Positions 58,501-64,000 of a stretch of 64,000 nucleotides of DNA are shown piece by piece. Below the pieces are notes generated by a model. That model was given only the letters and a program-made list of their open reading frames with translations. It was not told the DNA's origin and searched no databases. Both the position numbers and the translations under genes were made by a program. This stretch comes from an uncultured Methanosarcinales archaeon. Lineage in GTDB: Archaea > Nanobdellota > Nanobdellia > Woesearchaeales > CAIVOO01. Numbering within the stretch: the stretch's first letter is position 1; each line of letters begins with the position of its first letter. Where the stretch lies: contig CAZAIK010000002.1 in the NCBI GenBank assembly GCA_964485195.1, positions 76,972-140,971 of the forward strand, in the 5' to 3' direction.

Positions 58501-59194
58501 TTCCTGCAACAGTAACCGTACTTTCAGGCACGGGACCTTCTGTTGAGAAACCTTCCTCTGTGAATTCAACAGCTGTGGGCTTGACCGCCTCTGGTGATTG
58601 GGGAATGATGAAATTATATGAGTCTCCCTGCTCATTTGTTAAGGTGTAAGAGTTTAGTGTTTTTTTAACCTCTCCCCCTCCCACCTTCACCCCGTTAATC
58701 CTGAAGCCTCCTCCCGGTATGGTTTCAATAATGTCCCCGGTGCCGTACTGAGCAAGCCTGATGGTTGTTTCACCATTAGACAGCCTGTTGGTTTCGGGGG
58801 AGTAAGACAACAGGGCGGAGCCTTCGCTTATGGTGAAGGAAGCTCCCTGCCTCCCCTTTGTTTTGGTCTTGAAGTAGAATTCTGCTGCATCCCTGTTCTG
58901 CAGCACATTTTGTGCATTTGAAAAGTAATCATCTGCCTGGTCAGGATGGTTTATTATTCTGGTGAATGCCTCTGCCCCGCTGAAATACTCATCCTTTTTT
59001 GCTTCGGGAATCCTGGCCCAGTAAGTGTCAATCTGCGCATCTGTCAGCTCGTTCACATTAACCTGCTCCCAGTTAAAATCCTCGCTTTCCAAGTCCTCGT
59101 CAGAATAAGGCTGCGCAAATGCGATGGGTAACATCATCAGCAATATTGCAACTGCTAAAATCTTACAAAATCCTGAATATGACAATTTCCTCAT
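55544..59194 (-). CDS. 1216-aa secreted acidic protein, putative toxin carrier/translocator
   Basis: Signal peptide (..PIAFAQ), beta-rich N-half, helical middle, Gly/Ala-rich hydrophobic segment near the C-terminus, ends VECPT overlapping the ART gene. Confidence 0.75.
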   Translation of the reverse strand: MRKLSYSGFCKILAVAILLMMLPIAFAQPYSDEDLESEDFNWEQVNVNELTDAQIDTYWARIPEAKKDEYFSGAEAFTRIINHPDQADDYFSNAQNVLQNRDAAEFYFKTKTKGRQGASFTISEGSALLSYSPETNRLSNGETTIRLAQYGTGDIIETIPGGGFRINGVKVGGGEVKKTLNSYTLTNEQGDSYNFIIPQSPEAVKPTAVEFTEEGFSTEGPVPESTVTVAGMTITFESRSGRFAVLNDGTVAADNARATFSQRLYDGRFVAKGDETSLLPMLNGEQSRFYDFGSASDISVRTNGGDVQIHSNQLPSDAQSTQNPGQPLTLDEAEQRAQAAEPVQPMRGEVWYKGSTVIAKGFAEVSGRDGIETFNFLGNGQEADFYRGRDSNNPENTVTSAVGRFELGISGRITADSTIYEGDNPEQILFLAYSTENADAVTVDAPNDGLDAMKISRNTDAYERIGAGLEGVSIERGEQPFEMIISKSNNDINIRMAEETMSFLGEVKENPANFIVLSGGKDFLLSDTKPEEDESKTYLALTKEGGLVESSGNYLNILGPENVQEALGDETILTPEEGEAVRSFFEQAATTNPQELAQVDLSDIDQETLDRVVSDDPGAKMLVNCIQDNPSCTNREEFFDAYTRLNEHAGEGSVDEFQAYFDLSIASGVTPEEELTAALVNEYINQGDFEKANEIKRKSDNRNIHLYVDARMNINDLIKKTENAQERLNTEYKDKWEVEDGELIYHTEDEQEIAEINSLFQEAGSSSDKEMMAKNIVRLSKVDEGSAVYDEAQQMVRGMERNLLTEMYNNARLQSAESVTTFQETYSLTSGFATAATNLINFGSREKVQEFVANELNAQSLGFQILLKSSEQGISVNDISQMSSTEKIEWVKQVYPNAKPENLGYLVYGLDSALENPDVQALADLEKGYDVNAVKTTIDQGWFSSPTRVVFPGIQAGTGYSEDAEMLEQTYGETLGGVALMVATAPVTAKIGAAGLAASGGRVAPFLTANFPRLAALGSRAYAAHPTLTTVGLETAGALVVEAGLPALGVNSAFAAIASNFVAINPASRLASQLRKGKTVQRLVKGQMKTFSVDDMTRAGTVILRDEAGETVELGLKQLVTDVGTGSARFTDNALQRSARKAASAEKSSVDDLLARQRDDFFDSMDSARVDGTELARINEKYKTNLVVDAQGSVVGTADDFDTVGASLGRQVECPT

Positions 59195-60155
59195 CTCTTC
59201 CTCCTTTTCCGTCCTCTGCTATCAGCTTTACCTTGTAATTGCCTGCTGAGGGAGCAGTGGTTGAAATCTCCCCTGTCAATGGGTTGGGGCTGAAGAGCGT
59301 GGAGTTGCTGGAATATTTTATTTCATCCCCGTCCTCGTCTTCAGCAGTGATTTTAAGATAAATGGTTTCCCCTGCTTCAAATACAGGATTGTAAATTCTC
59401 TTGATTTCGGGATTGTGGTTTGAGTTGATTTCATAGGCGAACATGAAAACAAAGGTCCTGTTGAACAAGACACTTTCCTCGTCGAGAATTCCCATAACCA
59501 TAGTATTGTCAGAGGATGGCATAAGGTTAATCCTTGCATTATCATAAAGCATCCTGTTAAGCGTGAAGCCGTTCTGATTCTGCCTTATCACCTGCTGTGC
59601 TATGTTGTATGTGTTGCCCAGCCTTACCGGAACCCTTGAGATGAAATTCTGCATGTTGTATGTTGCCCCATCCTTGATTATGGTGAGGGGGTAGTCAACC
59701 ATAAAAACAACTTCTTCATTGAAGATTCTTGTCTCAACAGATATGTTGCCCTCCTTAATTTCCATTCCCTCCCTTTCAAAATCCTCAAAGCTGTTTGTGC
59801 ATATTGGAAGAAATTCTCTCAGGTATTTTGACAGCTGCTGCTGCATCTCCTGTATTGCGGGCAGTGTTGTCCTCTCGTTTTTGAAGCCGAAGGCTATTGT
59901 GTGCAGTTCTGTATTGAAGCTGTCCTGCGGCGGCTCTATGTAGCCGCCCTGCTCCCCAAGGTAGAAAATGCCGGGCACTGCAGACCTTTGTATGCATTCC
60001 TCCACAAACAGCTGGACAGGCCGGACATCATCTTCAACTGCCTCTCGCGGAAGCTCCTCAATTTCTGCCTGCCTGAAATAAAGCACCATTGCAATAGCTC
60101 CAAGAATTATTATGCCTATGATGATGAATGCTGTTATCTGCCCCTTTTTATGCAT
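59163..60155 (-). CDS. Class III signal peptide (pilin-like) protein with C-terminal Ig/cadherin-like domain
   Basis: MHKKG|QITAFIIIGIIIL; NHNPEI...AEDEDGDEIKY...AEDGKGG. Confidence 0.8.
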   Translation of the reverse strand: MHKKGQITAFIIIGIIILGAIAMVLYFRQAEIEELPREAVEDDVRPVQLFVEECIQRSAVPGIFYLGEQGGYIEPPQDSFNTELHTIAFGFKNERTTLPAIQEMQQQLSKYLREFLPICTNSFEDFEREGMEIKEGNISVETRIFNEEVVFMVDYPLTIIKDGATYNMQNFISRVPVRLGNTYNIAQQVIRQNQNGFTLNRMLYDNARINLMPSSDNTMVMGILDEESVLFNRTFVFMFAYEINSNHNPEIKRIYNPVFEAGETIYLKITAEDEDGDEIKYSSNSTLFSPNPLTGEISTTAPSAGNYKVKLIAEDGKGGRDEEIVIFRIL

Positions 60156-60225
60156 TCTCGCTGTAATGGCTTATTTGTTTTTAAATCTTTTTTTAATTAA
60201 ATTTGAATATTGTAAATAAATATAT

Positions 60226-60267
60226 TATGTCACTAAATGGTGGTTAAAAATGACAAGGTTTATAAAT
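60226..60267 (+). promoter_or_regulatory. Conserved upstream element plus BRE/TATA (copy 2)
   Basis: TATGTCACTAAAtgGTGGTTAAAAATGacAAGGTTTATAAA. Confidence 0.7.
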
Positions 60268-60287
60268 GGCCAAACAATATAATCTGT

Positions 60288-61241
60288 ATGAACAGGAGAA
60301 ATATGCTGAAGGCCGCGGCACTGCTCGCAGGCGGGCTGGCAGCAGCAGGAGCAGAGCACAAGACGCATTTTCTCAAGAACACATACTATCATAGCATCCT
60401 CAACCAGAGCACGCCGGAAGAGTTTGAGCACTTCATCAGTCTCGCGGCTGACTGGGCAGAGGCCCATAACAACTATTTCAGCAGAAACCCGACAGTTTCC
60501 AAACAGGAAGTTATTGCAAAAAAAAGAAAAATGCACAGGTGGCTTAAGCCAAGGATTCCTGAAGTAAACTTTCATAACACTGAATATTCCATACAAGGGT
60601 TTGAAAAGCACGGGTACGTTTTTTATCCTCATAAGAGAAACAGGCAGATAACACTTGGAGAACTTGCAGACCTTGAATTTGAAAACAAAAAATTAGATAA
60701 AAGGATGAATGAGGAATATGAGGGAAAGGAATATGACATCCTGCTTTTCCGCCCACTGTCAGAGTCAAGAGCAAGGGATACAATGTTTTCTCCTGATCCC
60801 GACATGGGAGTAAAAAGGGTATATGTTAACCTTGACCTTCTTGAGAAAGAGGCAGGAAACCTGTATGATATATGCAAAAAGCACAGGGATTCGGCCAACT
60901 GCGAATTGTTCAGGCAGAACAAGAACAGGCAGGCCTTTGTCTGGGATTACGGCAATGAGCTGATAAGAGTAATAGGCGGATTTCACGAGCCTGCGCATTT
61001 GTTTGATGGTTATAATGAGACAGGCGCAGATTTAGTGACATTGGAAAAGGCACCTTTGAAAGAGTCTCCTCTCGGCAATTACATCGCCCAGAATATTTTT
61101 ATCTATAATGCAGGAGTGAGGGAGCTTTTTGAGAGGCACGGCCATCCTGTGAGGGACCTGTCAAAAATTGCCCTTGATGAGATTTCAAAAACTGCAGGGT
61201 ATATTCATAAGAAAACACCTGAAAATGAATTAAGGGATTAG
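60288..61241 (+). CDS. Putative zincin metallopeptidase with twin-arginine-like N-terminus
   Basis: MNRRNMLKAAALLAGGLAAAG; FHEPAHLFDGYNETGAD (HExxH...E). Confidence 0.6.
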   Translation: MNRRNMLKAAALLAGGLAAAGAEHKTHFLKNTYYHSILNQSTPEEFEHFISLAADWAEAHNNYFSRNPTVSKQEVIAKKRKMHRWLKPRIPEVNFHNTEYSIQGFEKHGYVFYPHKRNRQITLGELADLEFENKKLDKRMNEEYEGKEYDILLFRPLSESRARDTMFSPDPDMGVKRVYVNLDLLEKEAGNLYDICKKHRDSANCELFRQNKNRQAFVWDYGNELIRVIGGFHEPAHLFDGYNETGADLVTLEKAPLKESPLGNYIAQNIFIYNAGVRELFERHGHPVRDLSKIALDEISKTAGYIHKKTPENELRD

Positions 61242-63472
61242 TCGCAGCTGTAGGTTGTTTCTTTCTCGTAAGTGCCTTCGGTGATGGTCACTGTGCATAA
61301 CCACTGCCGGCCCCAGAAATCAAAAATCCCTTCTTCAACAAAATGAATCTCGCCGGTTCCTTCAGAAGGATTGAAATTCTCAAGCCCGTTATTTGCAATT
61401 TGCAGATTGGTGTCATAATCATAAAACATTTCCCCTATTCTTGAAAGAACCTCGGGATCGTAGATGCCTGCCTGTTCCTGCACCTCCAGCAATTCTTCAG
61501 TGGGCATTGTATATGCGTACGACCTTGAGAAGGAATCGCCGTATTCGTAGGAGGAATCATCCCATCTCCAGGTTTCTGTCTGTCTGAATTCTCCGTCAAC
61601 TTCTTCAAAATTGCCGTCCCAGTACAGGTCATCGTCAGTCCCCCTTCTCCTGCCATAATTTAAATAATCATATACTTCGCCAGAAAAAACGCCCTGCGCA
61701 GTTGTTATCTCATATTCACCATCATAATACACGCCCCGCTCATCCACACCTCTGAACTCCCCAACAACATTGCCCTGGGAATCAAAGACTCTGTGCACCG
61801 GCTCCCCGTTCTGGTAAACATAATAATCCTCAACATAATAAGACTCTTCTGTTTCCGGATTGTATATTATTCCCTTGAGATTAATATCCTCCCCATCCCT
61901 CTGCCCGTTAAAGTTTGCATCAAAATACCCTTCAAGTTGCCCACCTGTTGTTGCAGAGGAATACAGCTGCGCTGCTTTATACTCCCTGTAGTTCTCTGTT
62001 TCATACACAAGGCTTACGATGCTGTCCACTATTCCGCAGCTGGGGTCCTCGCTTGCCATTCCGGTTATGAATGCAAAGGCCTGCCCTCCGGTTTCCTGCG
62101 AAGGCGTGCAAGCGCCTGCTTCAGAGGATACATATGCATTCTCCCCCGGCCCGACATACTCCAGATTTGTATTAAACAGGTTGGTGTTGTTTGCGTTCAC
62201 GTTCGCGAAGTCCATAAAATAAGAATCCCCTTCCGATGTAGTTATCCGGGTTCCATTGCTGGAAAAGAAGCTTAATGAAGCTGCAACAGCATTGCCCCCG
62301 TCAAGGGGCCTTCCGTAAATCTTCCCATCCCTGGCTTCAACATAGTATGCGTCGTTTTTCAACCCGGCATTTCCATTGACTCTTACGGCAGGGAAAGTTC
62401 CTTCCCTTTCCTGCATGTTAACAGAGCCGTCCATTGCAGACAGCCTTAGCTCGTCTCCCTGTTCAAATCCGTAAAGCCCCGGCTCCGCTATGTAAGCGTC
62501 CAGGCGCGGAGCCTGCTCCCTCGTGTTTTTAACGTTTATGCCTCTTCTTCCTTCCGAAAATTTGTGAAAATGGACCGAATATGAGGAATCCTGTGAAGTG
62601 TCAAAGTTTGTTCCCTGTGAAACGTGCAAGTCTACTTTGGTGCTCGTCGGGGGTATAACCACCCCATTTATGAAAGCGCCTTCATTCTCAGGTATGTAGC
62701 ATTCTCCTGTATAGTCGCATTCCATTGCGCCGGCGGTCAAATCAAGACTTCCCTGGGCTGTGTCCAGGTTGATATGTCCGCTGGCTTGATCAGCTGTGAA
62801 CCTGTAAGGGGTGGTGTCTGTTGCTATTGAAGGGTCAACCAATGATACCTGGCAGGGATTCTCAGGTATGCAGCCAGAGATTTCCATCTCGTTGTAGTTT
62901 TCTCTTGGTGTTATGGTAAATGTTTCCCCTTCCGGAACCACCAAAGCATTCGGAAGCACGCAATCATCCCCTGCTGTTCCTGTGATTGTTCCGTCAACTG
63001 TAACTGTTACGCTGTTGGCATTGTAAAAGGTTTTTCCGTCAATGGCACCTCCCCTGCTTCCCAGGTCCATGCTTCCCGTATCGGGGTTGTATGTTACATT
63101 ACCATCAAGCACCCTGTTGTTTCTTGTGGTGATGGTCCCCTGTTCCGGGGCGATTGATATTGAGCCGTCTCCATTTACAGTGCCCTGTCCTGTTATCCTG
63201 TCCCCGCTGGCCAAAGTAATCTCCCCGACTGTCTGGAAGTTCCCTCCCTCTGAAAATTCGCTTATGTCTGTCAGGCTTGCTCCCTGTCTGATAGTGGGAG
63301 GGGTTGTGGAGGGGTTGATGTCTGAAGCGGTGAATCCGTCTGCGTCCACGCAGTAAGTGCTGTCCCCTACCTCTGCTTCATTGCTATATGGCTCTTCGCA
63401 CTGCGCACTGGCAAGAGCTGTGCCTGCCAGAATTATCAAAAACAAAAAGATTGTGATTTTTTCTTTCCTCAT
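61238..63472 (-). CDS. 744-aa secreted acidic beta-rich protein
   Basis: Signal peptide (..ALASAQ); internal C-x12-ITGMA-x5-C motif before a distinct Tyr/acidic C-terminal domain. Confidence 0.75.
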   Translation of the reverse strand: MRKEKITIFLFLIILAGTALASAQCEEPYSNEAEVGDSTYCVDADGFTASDINPSTTPPTIRQGASLTDISEFSEGGNFQTVGEITLASGDRITGQGTVNGDGSISIAPEQGTITTRNNRVLDGNVTYNPDTGSMDLGSRGGAIDGKTFYNANSVTVTVDGTITGTAGDDCVLPNALVVPEGETFTITPRENYNEMEISGCIPENPCQVSLVDPSIATDTTPYRFTADQASGHINLDTAQGSLDLTAGAMECDYTGECYIPENEGAFINGVVIPPTSTKVDLHVSQGTNFDTSQDSSYSVHFHKFSEGRRGINVKNTREQAPRLDAYIAEPGLYGFEQGDELRLSAMDGSVNMQEREGTFPAVRVNGNAGLKNDAYYVEARDGKIYGRPLDGGNAVAASLSFFSSNGTRITTSEGDSYFMDFANVNANNTNLFNTNLEYVGPGENAYVSSEAGACTPSQETGGQAFAFITGMASEDPSCGIVDSIVSLVYETENYREYKAAQLYSSATTGGQLEGYFDANFNGQRDGEDINLKGIIYNPETEESYYVEDYYVYQNGEPVHRVFDSQGNVVGEFRGVDERGVYYDGEYEITTAQGVFSGEVYDYLNYGRRRGTDDDLYWDGNFEEVDGEFRQTETWRWDDSSYEYGDSFSRSYAYTMPTEELLEVQEQAGIYDPEVLSRIGEMFYDYDTNLQIANNGLENFNPSEGTGEIHFVEEGIFDFWGRQWLCTVTITEGTYEKETTYSCD

Positions 63473-63479
63473 TTTTTAT

Positions 63480-64000
63480 TCAAACCTGCAAGTCTGCCAA
63501 TTTTATTGCGTAAGCGAAGTTCAGGGGAATTCGTGTAGCCCTGTCCTTCACAACCATAATATTAAACTCATCCAGGTTTACAGTGTCAAAAGTCAGCTCA
63601 TTCTCCAATCCAGCGTCAACATAACAGGAAAAGCATATCAATTCAGGAACTGTTTCGCTTTGGGCCACAAGATTCCTGACTTCCCTTAGCACAAGGCCCA
63701 GCCTTAGGTTATGATTCACAGTGAAACCTTCAAGTCTGGTTTCCTGGTTAACGCTTAAAGGATAATTGTACTGTAGGGTAATGCCTTCATTGCCTATGAT
63801 CATGTTTGGTATGGAAACATTTCCCTCTTCTTCAATGTCATATCCCTGCAATGATTCAAAGTCGTTGATGCAGTTGTTCAGGTTGTCATTCACATAACTT
63901 TCAAGCTCCTGCCTTATCTTTTCTTCTGAAGGCATTTGAACCGTAAACCCGTCAAAGTAGATGGGGACAGAATTTCCGAGCGGCATTGGGACGGTGTCCT
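63480..64000 (-). CDS. C-terminal part of a paralog of the 59163-60155 pilin-like protein (start outside window)
   Basis: PSEEKIRQELESYV...C.NDFE...EGNVS...NYPL...RLG matches PAIQEMQQQLSKYL...C.NSFE...EGNIS...DYPL...RLG; frame open to the window end. Confidence 0.75.
   Translation of the reverse strand, partial: DTVPMPLGNSVPIYFDGFTVQMPSEEKIRQELESYVNDNLNNCINDFESLQGYDIEEEGNVSIPNMIIGNEGITLQYNYPLSVNQETRLEGFTVNHNLRLGLVLREVRNLVAQSETVPELICFSCYVDAGLENELTFDTVNLDEFNIMVVKDRATRIPLNFAYAIKLADLQV

Noticed and set aside
1..64000. CRISPR array, rRNA, integrase/transposase or prophage genes
   Set aside because: No regularly spaced direct repeats, rRNA-like stretch or recognisable recombinase/capsid motifs seen

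Overview
Archaeal chromosomal window, most consistent with a DPANN archaeon, probably Woesearchaeota/Nanobdellota (inferred from gene set and style). It carries archaeal EF-1alpha/EF-2, Spt5, SecE, FtsZ, thermosome, L7Ae/L24e/S28e, Elp3, DTD2, a short histone and three intron-containing tRNAs. Housekeeping blocks alternate with accessory genes. Main highlights: (1) 51.9-64 kb holds a candidate undescribed secreted-toxin locus. It contains a prepilin peptidase, two class-III-signal (pilin-like) paralogs each followed by a large acidic secreted protein, and an exported R-S-E ADP-ribosyltransferase that converges on an intact ADP-ribosylglycohydrolase. A recurring Cys...ITG(F/M)A...Cys motif and a duplicated 37-bp promoter element link the parts. 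(2) A family of about 140-bp structured intergenic repeats (3 full copies and 1 partial) shows covarying stems and fixed-length spacers; one copy has TIRs and a 9-bp target duplication. (3) The tRNA-Met intron contains a D box plus an antisense guide that predicts Cm34 of its own anticodon. (4) There are bacteria-directed or bacteria-like genes (lytic transglycosylase, beta-barrel-like secreted protein, lone aroA) and several disrupted genes. All calls are by eye from sequence motifs; no searches were run.
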